Shown here in pieces: positions 12,711 through 23,765 of a stretch of DNA of 47,961 bases; position 1 is the first letter of the stretch, and the number at the start of each line of letters is the position of its first letter. The DNA lies in NCBI GenBank assembly GCA_036172245.1, contig JAYWIR010000033.1, forward strand, positions 2,418,001 to 2,465,961. The letters are read 5' to 3'. The stretch comes from Raillietiella orientalis. Its lineage: Eukaryota. The notes under the pieces were generated by a model. That model was not told where the DNA came from. It worked only from the letters and a program-made list of their open reading frames with translations, and searched no databases. The position numbers and the translations under genes are program-made.

Positions 12711-14125
12711 TTAACGGTGCAGCAACGCCACAGCAGCCTTCCACCCGAGATACGCTCGATCTCCTGCGCTCGTACTGTGCAGACGTGTTTCCGCGTCTAT
12801 CCGCGCCAACGATCGGGCAAATTTGTGCCTGCGTTTTTGCTCGCACTTATGTGTTCCTGTGCAATCTGCCAAGTAGCATAGTGCAACATGGCCAGTACAC
12901 AGGATAGTGTGGAGGAGCAAGCCACTGGATGCACTTCAGCTGCACTTGAAGTGGCCGCATCCTCCGTAATGGTTTCTTCGCCCCCGGTGCGGAGTTACGC
13001 CGCCGTTACCTCCCAAAGACCAGGACCCTGCGATGCGGAGTTCCAGGCATATGTGTCATCAGGATACATGCCTGCACTCCGTTATAAGGTCAGTGGGCCA
13101 CTTAACGGGAGAATCGGTCGTGAGCTCAATGTTGAGCTCGTCCGGATAGGCGTTCGCGAGGAGGAACTCCTTGCCATAATGCCTGCTGGCAGGATGGAAT
13201 ATACGAAGATTCGGTGCAAGAACGCAGCACTTGTGCAGCGCCTTCTCCGTACGCCGTTGACCATCAATGGCAAGGAAGTCCTACCTACCGCGATGGACGA
13301 CTCTTTTGTCGTTCAATTGTGCGACATCGAACCGGAAATCTCCGACCGCGATGTTGTAAGCGTGCTGGCGAAGTTCGTTACCGTGCACGCCCTGTGGAGG
13401 AGGACGAACCCTTTGAAGGATTTCCCCTCTGTCCACATTGGACAAGCCTCCGCGCGGATCACCGTCGCGAACAGGCGTGTTGTGCCTGAGCAGCTGCAGG
13501 TGAACGGCACGGTCGTTCACCTGTGGTTCATAGGCCAGACTTACGCGTGCAAGCAGTGCGGCAAGGATGGGCACCGAATTAATGAGTGCCCTTCTCCAAG
13601 ATGCCGCTATTGCAAAGATTCCGGGCACGAAATCAAAAACTGCCCGGTACTTGCAAGAAAAAGAGCCGCAGCGGAAATTCGTCGTGTTCAAGAGACCACT
13701 GCACGAAAAGCCGCAGCGGAAAATAAAAAACGTCGTCCGCAAAAACTCGCAAAAAACCACGAGCGATCCGCGGATGAAAAGAAAGCATCCCCGCCCGCAA
13801 CGCCCCGAAAGGGGAAAGTCACGGCGGGGAAGCCAATTAAAAAGGGGCCCGAGGGTTTGACGCGTGCCGTGCCTTCCCTCTCTGCCGAACTTGCAGGCAC
13901 CTCTCCGAGCCAGGAACCAGGGAATCTCCGTAACACCCTGGAGGGAAAGGTAGGAAAACAGGAAGATCGCAACAGTGCGAAGACTTCTTGCCCCGTTCCG
14001 TTGTCCCTTCCGAGTTCCGGACAGCCTCACTGCAGCGCAGGCTTCACTGCAAAGGCTACGAAAGCCGTAAAAAGCAGCGTCGCGACGAGCAAAAGCACGC
14101 TGCATGCAGTCGCTCCATCGCCGAC

Positions 14126-14133
14126 TCGGCAGG
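14126..14133 (+). repeat. TSD tcggcagg, left copy (right copy 17616-17623)
   Basis: Identical 8-mer on both flanks of the family-B insert; its removal restores the ORF1 frame. Confidence 0.85.
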
Positions 14134-17100
14134 TTTCCCCAAGTCCCACAAGGGGTGGGGTAAGTTTATTTTTCTATAAAAATACAAAATTTACATTCGC
14201 ACTCTCATTCACTCAATACAAACATTTTGCACTTGGGGGTCCTTGGGTTGCACTAGAGTTCTGCTTTTCAGGGGGAATTCCAGCTGGATGGTCCCGGGCG
14301 TCGTCCTGGATCCTCTTCAGGATGAATCGGTACGTCCAGGCGTGGATCTTCCCGCAGTTCCTGATGCCGATTTCCCTCTTTAAGAGCCCTTGTAGGATCT
14401 CCATCGGTGGTGCGGCTCTCCTGGCTTTCCTCATTTTCCACCACCGCACAAGTATGGCGGTGATGAAGAGGGCTATGGTCGTCCTCACCATGGGATTGTA
14501 ACAGGGAACATTACCATCCCCATGAAACATCCCGGCGAAGATCTCCATAACGGACTTGTTGGTAAGTCCTATGATCCTTTTCAGGATCAGCCAGTCATGC
14601 AGCAGTGTGGGACACGTCAAGACGTGAAGTCTCGTGTCGTCGTCGCCACATGCTGCGCAGTATCGGTCTTCCCGTCTTCCTGTGAAGTGCTGCAATCGGG
14701 ACCCACTCTGGATTCCTCCGTGATAAAACATCAGGAGGTCATCCTGGGTGCCCGGCGGAAGGTCACTCCTCCAGAGCGTCGTGCCAATCGCTAACAGGTT
14801 GAACCGTTCACTCCCGTAGCGTTCGGTGGCTTCCTGGAGGGCACTGATATCACTGTGTTCTTCTTGAATTAGTCTTCGGAGGTTTGTTCTGGTTACACTC
14901 GACCATGCGAAGTCGTAGTGGTTGAACCACACTTCGCGGGTCCTGTGGGTAAACCTTCCTAACATCATCTCTGTATACCGAAGTATACGTGTTTGATGTA
15001 GGTAGCCTCCTCGCCTCCACTCCTGGATTTGCAGTAGGGTAACTCTGGACCGCTGGTAGATCCAGCTTCTCGTGTCCGGCGGGACAGGAAGCAACCAAGG
15101 GATCACCAGGATGTACTCGTCCTGCCAGAGTTCCCTGCTTCGCGGCACGATCTTGATTTGGTGCTTCCGCACCAGCCGTTGCTTCCTCGTCCAGGTGGGG
15201 TCGATTTTGTTCCATTCCCCTACTTTGCCTAGCAGCGCAGTCATCAGGCCTTTCGAGTTGTTAAGCAACAACGCGTAGGCCCTGTGCGCCGCATACGGCC
15301 AGTCATCCCAGTAAGTGGCAATGTCCAGGATGTGTCGCGTATCCATGATTTCCATGAAATGTGCAAGCGACTTCATCCCGGAAACGCCTTCTTCCCTGGG
15401 ACGACACAGGGGTTTCAGTCTTACTCTTGGGCGATAGTGGCCCCAGAGTGTTTTTCTTTGCAGCTTGTCGAACTCCCTAGTAGTATCGTTGTTCATCCTC
15501 GCGAAGGCCGCCCCGAAGAGCACTTTCGGAAGGAGTACTCCGTTCCATATGTTGGCCTTTCGCTTCATCCCAAGAACCGTTCGGGTGTACTTGGCTGCTT
15601 CCTTGGCCGTTTTCCCCAGGATTTCCTTCCACAGCAGCTTCGACGCAGAGCCGTCGCCGATGTAGACTCCCAGGTACTTGGCCGTGTCCACCGTACGGAA
15701 TCCACTACCCGTTAGAGTGGAGAGATCCAGTATTCCGACGGGCAAAAGCTGGCTCTTCTGGGAATTGTTTTTTAAGCCCAAGCCCTGTTCCATCAGGTCC
15801 ACCACATCCAGAAACGCACGCTGATTTTTCTCTTTCTTGATGAAGAAGAGTAGATCATCGACGTATGCCAGATGGGTAAGACGCTGGCTATCGATGGTAA
15901 TCCCGCTTAGTCGTCCGCTCTTCTCGATAGAGGACGACAACGCCTCCATATAGATTACGAACAGCATCGGACTTAGCGAGTCGCCCTGTCGGACTCCTCG
16001 TTCCATCCTGATTGCTGCCGTCTCCTGGCCGTTGATCTTGATCTGGCAGTACTGGTTCTGGAGTACCGCCCTCACGAAGTTGCTGAAGTGTTCCGAAAGC
16101 CCTAGCTTCTCCAGAAATTTCAGCAGCATCCCGTGGTCGATGGAGTAGAAGGCCTTCTCCATGTCAGTGAACACCAGCACCAGGTTCTCGCCGACGTATC
16201 GACTGAGTCCAACAGTGGCCTGGGCACACTTGACATTCTCCGACATGTGTCGTCCTGGGACTGCACATGTCTGGACCGGAGAGATCAGCCTCGACATGAC
16301 CTTGCCTAAGCGGTTGGACCAGATCTTTGCCAACCACTTGGCATCGGAGTTTAGGATCGAGATTGGCCTCCATTGGGCGAACTGGGTAGAGTCGCCTCCG
16401 TTCGGCAGCAATCTCATCCGACTCTCGTAGAAGGACTGAGGTAGTCTGCCTTCTTCCCGGATGCAGAGGGTCAACTGGTGGAACAAGCGCAGGTAGGCGT
16501 GCAGGTACCGCTGATAGTGCGGGATGGGTACACTGTCAGGGCCCGCTGCCACGTCCTTGCGAAGTTGCCCAAACGCAGTCTTCACCTCTTCTTCGGAGAA
16601 CTCCTCCTCCAGTCTGTTCCGCTGGAGGTCGTCGGTCCTCTTTTCGAGATAGCCCAAGAAGGCCTGTTGACTAGAGCGACACAGCTGTTGTCGCCTGAAG
16701 TGTTTCGTGTACTGCCTGTGAAAGGCATCCACAATGTCCTCACACGAATGTCGCTTTTAACCGTCGTACTGGATGCAGAAGATATCTGTTGCCAGATTTC
16801 TCTTCTCCAGCACGCCGACTTCCCCTTTTATGTTATTGAGGACGTACCGACTCTCGTACTGATCGAAGTACTTTGAGAGGGAGCGATCTTGGATGTTCAG
16901 CTCCCGGTACGCCTCTTGTTTCAAGCGCCTATCCCCGAACTGCATGTTCGCAAACCGGTGTATCCTGTGTCTCAGGCTGTCCCAGTCGGCGACTCTTCGG
17001 ATTGTTGTTGCCCTGAGAATCGCCTCCAGGACAGCCTGATGTCCGGGATGGGTTTCGAACCAGGCGGGCATGCTGATGAGCGCCGCCCTGGTGCCTTGCC

Positions 17101-17615
17101 TCCGCCGAGGATTTTCCGTTCTTAGGAAAAACCGCACCAGGGGGTGATCGCACACCGCAGTCATAGTGTCGCGAAACCCCTGGATGCTATTCCCAAGTTC
17201 GGTGCTGTGCAGGACGTGATCGATCGGCTTGTGACTTGCAGTTCGCCACACCAGTCCGAACTCGTCGGATAACCGCCGATACGCCGTCCTTCCTCTGGCG
17301 TCTTCGGAGTGAGTGATCTCATCCAAGATGTTGAGATCGCCAGCAACTATCACGACGTCCTTAGGGGCGACCTTTTGCCGGAGTGTTGCATGCAGCGCCT
17401 CCGCACAACGATGTTTTAGCCTGTGCGGCCCGTACACGTTCACCAGGATGAGGTGAACAGTAGCGGACCAGGCCAGTCGCACGCCGATGATTCGTCCGGG
17501 TTGGGGACAGAACACTTTTAGAATAGTGGGGGCCAAGTTGTTCTTGATTAGGACCGCCACTCCCTGCGTGTTCCGTTCTCCCTCGCTGACGAAAATCTGC
17601 CCGTTGAATCGCCGT
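14134..17615 (-). mobile_element. Family-B LINE copy 1, 5'-truncated within the endonuclease
   Basis: EN ORF 16757-17560 (NVYGP, AGDLN, IDH, CDH) and RT ORF 14213-16732 are in the same frame, separated by one stop; AATAAA at 14170-14165; flanked by a TSD. Confidence 0.93.
14213..16732 (-). CDS. LINE ORF2 RT and C-terminal zinc finger (839 aa open segment, probably inactive)
   Basis: QWRPISILN, DMEKAFY, GVRQGDSLSP, LAYVDD, KYLGV, CAACGDDDTRLHVLTC. Confidence 0.85.
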   Translation of the reverse strand: MDAFHRQYTKHFRRQQLCRSSQQAFLGYLEKRTDDLQRNRLEEEFSEEEVKTAFGQLRKDVAAGPDSVPIPHYQRYLHAYLRLFHQLTLCIREEGRLPQSFYESRMRLLPNGGDSTQFAQWRPISILNSDAKWLAKIWSNRLGKVMSRLISPVQTCAVPGRHMSENVKCAQATVGLSRYVGENLVLVFTDMEKAFYSIDHGMLLKFLEKLGLSEHFSNFVRAVLQNQYCQIKINGQETAAIRMERGVRQGDSLSPMLFVIYMEALSSSIEKSGRLSGITIDSQRLTHLAYVDDLLFFIKKEKNQRAFLDVVDLMEQGLGLKNNSQKSQLLPVGILDLSTLTGSGFRTVDTAKYLGVYIGDGSASKLLWKEILGKTAKEAAKYTRTVLGMKRKANIWNGVLLPKVLFGAAFARMNNDTTREFDKLQRKTLWGHYRPRVRLKPLCRPREEGVSGMKSLAHFMEIMDTRHILDIATYWDDWPYAAHRAYALLLNNSKGLMTALLGKVGEWNKIDPTWTRKQRLVRKHQIKIVPRSRELWQDEYILVIPWLLPVPPDTRSWIYQRSRVTLLQIQEWRRGGYLHQTRILRYTEMMLGRFTHRTREVWFNHYDFAWSSVTRTNLRRLIQEEHSDISALQEATERYGSERFNLLAIGTTLWRSDLPPGTQDDLLMFYHGGIQSGSRLQHFTGRREDRYCAACGDDDTRLHVLTCPTLLHDWLILKRIIGLTNKSVMEIFAGMFHGDGNVPCYNPMVRTTIALFITAILVRWWKMRKARRAAPPMEILQGLLKREIGIRNCGKIHAWTYRFILKRIQDDARDHPAGIPPEKQNSSATQGPPSAKCLY

Positions 17616-18281
17616 TCGGCAGGAGAGGAGCAATCTCCCGACTGTCAAGAAGGTGACTCCGTTGCCGCTTTTTAAAGGCGTAGCGAAAGCAACGCCCCCA
17701 GAGAACGCAGCGAAAATCCCGGAGGTTTCCGCAACTACTGTCGCGGAAGCCTTCAAAAATCGCGAAGGCGAATGGAAGGTTGTGGAGAGGAAGAAAGAAA
17801 AATCTGCAAAAAAAGCTCCGCAACCTCCATCCCTGAGCTCTTCCAAAGGAAAAAGCAGTCGCGGGAATACGAAAACACGCGCGGCTTGTGACTCTTCCAA
17901 GGAAAAAGCCAGCGCCTTCAACGCGTGCAAGTCCGCTTTTGTGACCGCCGAGAAGACCATTCCGGTGCAATCGGACGGATGCAAGCGCACGTCGATCGTG
18001 CGAGCATCAGACTACGCAAAGGAGTCCGATAACGCAGCTGAACGACGCGTTACTCGTGCGGGAGCGAGCGCCCGCAGGGCTGAAGCCCTGAGGCGTGACA
18101 CACTCGCCGCGGAACGGCGAGTGCTCACCCCGGAACCCACAGGTTCTGCACCCGGAGAGGAGCACCCGATTACGTGCAGCACAGTTGAGGCCGGTGGCGA
18201 CCGCGCCCTCCAGCCCGTCGTGCTTCTTACTGCCCGCTCGCCATGTGAGGCGAGCACCACGGCCTCGCTTTCCCAGCCGTG

Positions 18282-21200
18282 ATGAGGGCAATCGCGTCTT
18301 CTCGTCGTGTTGCCGTAACGTCTTGGAACGTCAACGGGCTCCAACACGAGGAGAAGAGGCGACTAGTGGCTGACGCTCTGAGCGCCTTCGACTTGACGCT
18401 CCTGCATGAGATTCATAGCATCTCCGGAGAGCAGGCTGCCGAAATCGAACGGCGCGCGGGCGGAACGCTACTTTATAGGTGCGGCGTTGCACGTACGTGC
18501 GGCGTCGCTTTCCTCGTCGAGGAACTTTGGCGGGAGCGGTGCGCAGCGTTCGTTTCGACACGGAAGGCCGAGTGGGACAGCTTGTACTCAAGTGGTCCGA
18601 CTCGATCGACCTTGTCGTAACCAACGTGTACGCGCCGAGCGGTGCTGGACGATGGGCCGGAAGGATTGAGTTCCTCGGGACCCTTCAAAGCCAGTGGCTC
18701 ACTCGATTTCACCCTACTGTCGCCCATTTCATTGCGGGGGACTTTAACGTCCACCTGCTTTCCGAGAATAGATCCCACAAAAGGGAAAAGTTGCTAACGG
18801 AAGAGATGTGCGCGTCCGTGCACGCGTGCAACTTGTTCGCCAGCAACCCTGTTATGGCAGCAACGCCGGACCACGTATACCTTGATGAACACTTGCTCTG
18901 TCGAGTGGGTCGGAGAGGTCCCGTGCCGTCCGTGCTTTCAGACCACAACAGGCTCGAGTTCGAGTTGCTCCCGCCAGGCAAGGGGCCTCCAAACTGTTTT
19001 TGGAGGATGCCGGCAGACTGACTAAGCCACCCGGAGGCGGCTGAGCATCTTCGTTAGTACCTCTTTGGCTTTGTTATAAGTGAGGTCGAGGACTGGGACG
19101 ATCTGAAAAGATCGGTCCGCGAGTTCTGCTGCCGGTTTCCCTTGCACCAGCTTCCGCGCGGCTTCGGAGAGGGCGTATCCAACAGAAGAGATTTTCTGAA
19201 GGCCCGCTCCTTTTCCAGTCGCGCGGACGTTGGTCGATTATCCGAGTACAAGGCCAAGGCCGAGCGCCAGGTCTGGCAGTCAGGGGCGACAGTTCTGCTC
19301 GACGACCTGGACCGGGAATGCTCGGCTCCAGCCGACGTGCGACGGATAGTCAGGCGCTATTACTCTTCTCTGTATGCAGAGGCACCGACGGAACGCAGCC
19401 TCTTTCGGCTGCTTCTGCCGATTGATGCACCTCTTGTAGACGAGGAAGAACGCGCGCGTCTTGATGAGCCCTTCACGGCCGACGAAATCTCCTCGGCCAT
19501 CTCGGGGCTCAAGAGACGAAAAGCGTTAGGCGAAGATGGGCTCCCCGCGGAATTCTTCCAGTGTTTTGCGGCGGAGCTCATCTCCCTGGTGCTATAACTC
19601 TCGTCGCTGATGCGAGACTCGGGCGATGACCCCGGCTCGTTTCGCTCAGCGAAGGTGCGTCTACTGCCGAAAGGCGGAGATTTGCGCCAACTGAACAACT
19701 GGCGTCCGATCACATTAGTGAATTCGGACGTCAAGTTGTTCTCGAAACTTTGGGTGACGCGGATGGGTAGGATCGCGGAATCCTTGGTAAGTCCGGAGCA
19801 GACGTACGCTGTTCCTAAGCGGTCCATGGACGCGAATCTCTTGTTCATCCGCACATGGCTGCAATTGCAGCATCGTGTGGCGGTGGATCGTCGTGCGGAA
19901 GCGACGCCTTCGATCTCTCACCGACGGAGGCGCGGGACGCAAAGGGAGACACCGGGAGCCTTGGCGGTTGCAGTCGATTTGCACAAAGCTTTCGATTGCG
20001 TGAACCGAAAGCTTCTTCTTGAGCTTTTGGAACGTCTGGGTCTTCCGGCATCCCTGTTGGCGTACTTGCGCTCCTGCTGGCTCCACGCGATTACATCCAT
20101 TGTTTTCAGTTGCTGTCGCGTGTACGGCGTGCCGGTACGACGAGGAATTAGGCAGGGTGACAGCTTAAGCCCGCTGCTCTTCAGCATCTATTTTGAATTG
20201 GTGCTGGAGGCTTACAGGCTGAAGCTAGCCAACCTGCCGAGCTCCTGTCCAGGTAAGCCGGCCGTGGCAGCCTATGCCGACGACCTGCTTCTCCTGTTGC
20301 CCATGTCCACCCCGGCGACATCGCTTGAAGACTTCTTTGAGTTGATTCGTCGCGGTGCGGGCGTGAGCGTTAACAGGAGTAAGTGTATGGTTGTTCCGGT
20401 GGGTGCGACGTGGGAGGGGCAGTCCGACAGGATCGACCTGGGGATCCCCACGGGCAGGTACCTCAGGTACCTTGGCGTGCCGTTGGGCGAGTTCTGCATC
20501 TCAGAAGCGTGGTCGGACTGCCTTCGGAAGGCAGAGCGTGCACTTGGCCCGTTTTCAGGAGGAAAGTTGGTCTTGCCGGAACGGGCCTGCATCTGGAACA
20601 CCTTCGTTGCCCCCCTCCTCGCCCCCTGTTCTTTGTTTGTTCACCCGCGCAGGAAGTCAAAGTCTGGGTGCAGCGCCTTCTACGCAAAGCGTTGTGGGGC
20701 ACTGCAAGATCCCGTGTCAGACTTAAAGACTTGGTGGCGCCGTGTCAGGATGCAGGCTTGGGCATCCTCGACTTAAACAGCATCGAACTGCAGGTGCAGT
20801 TTCGCAGGCTGCGGCTCTGTGCCAAGCTGTGGTGTACGCCGTGGTGCTTACCCGCACGCCTTATACTGAGGCGCTGTACGGGGAGCGAGGGACTGCTTTC
20901 GTTGCTACCCCACTTTCGGCACACCAGAATAGGGTTTGGCTTCCCGCTGAGGCAGCTGTCCTCACTGCTGGAAGCCCAAAGCTGGATCTCCTGCCGCCCC
21001 ATGAACATTAATGCATAAGGACAGGAATCTTTTTCATCGTGGGCAGCTTCCGAAGGAACGCGCCCGGAAGATCTTCGACGCCTGCGACTTCTCCTCAGTC
21101 ATCAAATGGACGAAGTCATGCAGGACAAGAAGTTGTCGGATCGTCTGGCCGCCACACCACTCGCCGCAGCGCTGTCTGCCCTCAGGGCAAGCAACGACGG

Positions 21201-22050
21201 TTGCCTACCGGCGGAATGGGAGTTCTCCTGCAAAATAGCGGGAGTCAGTAAGCTCCTCGGCAGCTGGACGACAAAGGAGCTGGTGCAAGCCGCCTCACCT
21301 CGGAATCGGGCGAAGGGACTGCTTCGGTGGAGGGAACATTTAAATGTGCCTCCCGGAGAGATAGTGGTTCCCCCCGTTTGTTTGGACAGCTCCGTGTTCC
21401 CCCTTAAGTGGAAACAAGATGTGCTGCTCTTTTTACATTGCGCATTTCACTGTAATAGGCAGCGAAGCATCGTTTCCGGGGGAGCTGCTTTGCCAAACTG
21501 TTTAAGGTGCGGAGAGATCGAGTCTTTTCCGCACCTTTTGCTGGACTGCGGTGACCTCCGGGAACTGTGGCGAAGGCTCACTTCGGCCATCATGCTACAA
21601 GGAGGCACTGCCATTGATGTGCTGCGGCGCTTCTTCAGCAGAAATGGACTTCCGGTTGGCGCGATTGTCGCAACCATGTGTTGCGTTCGCGCTATCGTGA
21701 AGGCCCGCTACGCCCTGGAGTTGTCAGCGCAGCGAAGGGAGGCTCACCTGCTTGCAGCTCAATTCATGGAGAAGAAGCTTTCAAAGAAGACAGAATGGTA
21801 ATGTGTATGATGAACTGCGGAAGCCAAAGCAGTCATCGAGTGAATCAACGAAGGAACCCATTCTTATCGGAAAACTCACCTGATTTTCCTCGTGCGCACT
21901 TCTCCATTTTTAATCGACCACGTTCAGGTTCAAGCACAAAAATATTAAAATTCATGGAGAAGGCTTCAAGGTGGTCTCATCTTCGTGCAAGGTGAATGAG
22001 GACATCACCGGCATACACCGCCGGTTTACACACCTTTGAGAAAGGCGTAA
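18282..22050 (+). pseudogene. LINE ORF2 (EN-RT-zinc finger) with several stops and frameshifts
   Basis: SWNVNGL, NVYAPSG, AGDFN, SDH, NWRPIT, DLHKAFD, QGDSLSP, AYADD, YLGVP, CLRCGEIESFPHLLLDC across ORFs 18279-21801. Confidence 0.93.
21775..21948 (+). other. 174-bp non-LINE insert flanked by a 14-bp TSD
   Basis: aattcatggagaag at 21761-21774 and 21949-21962; the insert is absent from the related copy near 31260-31280. Confidence 0.85.
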
Positions 22051-22362
22051 TCCGGTGACCCCTGCGACCTCTCGCCCACCCATACCCCGTCCCCGTTCGC
22101 TCGGTAAAATTTCCGGTACCCATGCTTTTATCCCCGTGTCTTCCAGAGCGATCCCAAAGACCCTTATCCCGTCCTCCTTATTCATTGTTTTTATTTTATT
22201 TTGGTTTCTTTGTGTTTCCCGCCCCCCCACACCGTTCAAGAAACTGTTACTCTAGCCTGCGTGCCAGCAATATTCTCTTCATTCTTGTTCAGTCGTCGGT
22301 TGGGAGTTTGGTTCCCAACTGGTTTATTTTGTATAATTTCTTTTTTTGGTTATGTTATATGG

Positions 22363-22392
22363 AATAAACGCTCCGGCGTGACCGGGTGAGAA
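22363..22392 (+). terminator. Family-A 3' terminus: AATAAA plus GC-rich hairpin (also 34644-34673 on +; 8973-9002, 27546-27577, 30842-30871, 45586-45622 on -)
   Basis: Six copies approximating AATAAACGCCCYGGCG(N3-5)CCGGGT, each at the end of a 3'UTR. Confidence 0.8.
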
Positions 22393-23765
22393 ATCTCGTG
22401 CACTCGTACAGTGCAGACGTGTTTCCGCGTCTATCCGCGCCAAACATCGGGCAATTTTGTGTTTGCGTTTTCGCTCGCATTGTGTGTTCCTGTGCAATCT
22501 GCAAGTAGCATAGTGCAACATGGCCAGTACACAGGATAGTGTGGAGGAGCAAGCCACTAGATGCACTTCAGATGCACTTGAAGTGGCCGCATCCTCCGTA
22601 ATGGTTTCCTCGCCCCCGGTGAGGAGTTACGCCGCCGTTACCTCCTAAAGACCAGGACCCTGCGATGCTAAGTTCCAGGCATATGTGTCATCAGGATACA
22701 TGCTTGCACTCCGTTATAAGGTCAGTGAGCCCCTTAATGGGAGAATCGGTCGTGAGCTCAATGATGAGCTCGTCCGGATCGGCGTTTGCGAGGAGGAACT
22801 CCTTGCCATAATGCCTGCTGGCAGGATGGAATATACGAAGATTCGGTGCAAGAACGCAGCACTTGTGCAGCGCCTTCTCCGTACGCCGTTGACCATCAAT
22901 GGCAAGGAAGTCCTACTTACCGCAATGGACGTCTCTTTTGTCCTTCAATTGTGCGACATCGAACCGGAAATCTCCGACCGCGATGTCGTAAGTGTGCTGG
23001 CGAAGTTCTCCACCGTGCACGCCCTCTGGAGAACGCCGAACCCTTTGAAGGATTTCTCCTCTGTCCACATCGGACAAGTTTCCGCGCGGATCACCTTCGC
23101 GAATAGGCGTGTTGTGCCTGAGCAGCTGCAGGTGAACGGCACGGTCGTTCACCTGTGGTTCATAGGCCAGACTTACGCGTGCAAGCAGTGCGGCAAGGAT
23201 GAGCACCGAATTAATGAGTGCCCTTCTCCAAGATGCCGCTATTGCAAAGATTCCGGGCACGAAATCAAAAAGTGCCCAGTACTTGCAAGAAAAAGAGCCG
23301 CAGCGGAAATTCGTCGTGTTTAAGAGACCACTGCACGAAAAGCCGCAGTGGCGAATAAAAAACGTCGTCCGCAAAAACTCAGAAAAAGAAACAAGCGATC
23401 CGCGGATGAAAAGAAAGCATCCCCGCCCGCAACGTTCCGAAAGGGGAAAGTCACGGCGGGGAAGCCAATTAAAAAGGGGAGCGAGGGTTGGACGCGTGCC
23501 GTGCCTTCCCTCTCTGCCGTACTCGCCGGCACCTCTCCGAGCCAGGAACCAGGAAATCTCCATAACACCCTGGAGGGAAAGGTAGGAAAACAGGCAGATC
23601 GCAACAGTGCGAAGACTTCTTGCCCCGTTCCGTTGTCCCTTCCGAGTTCCGGACAGCCCCAATGCAGCGCAGTCCCCTCTGCAAAGGCTACGAAAGCCGT
23701 AAAAAGCAGCGTCGCGACGAGCAAATGCACGCTGCATGCAGTCGTCCCATCGCCGACTCGGCAGG
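22393..23765 (+). mobile_element. Second copy of the 5'UTR and ORF1 seen at 12759-14133 (ATG 22520), with nonsense mutations
   Basis: Near-identical to the first copy; stops near 22560, 22648 and 23323. Confidence 0.92.

Larger units (their letters stand above)
12888..18282 (+). pseudogene. LINE ORF1 (634 aa reconstructed), interrupted by a family-B insertion
   Basis: CKQCGKDGHRINEC and CRYCKDSGHEIKNC knuckles. Removing 14134-17623 rejoins SPTRQ to ERSNLPTVKKVTPLPLFKG in frame with ORF 17653-18282. Confidence 0.85.
12711..22392 (+). mobile_element. Reconstructable full-length family-A LINE (~6 kb after removing two nested inserts)
   Basis: 5'UTR, ORF1 (12888-14133 plus 17624-18282), ORF2 from ATG 18282 to ~22050, 3'UTR, AATAAA at 22363 and hairpin. 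Confidence 0.88.

Noticed and set aside
12888..14501. 537-aa ORF1 with a hydrophobic C-terminus
   Set aside because: After 14133 it reads through the antisense strand of the family-B insert; the real continuation is at 17624.
12888..17615. Novel element with convergent ORF1 and ORF2
   Set aside because: The TSD and the in-frame rejoining of ORF1 show a nested insertion.
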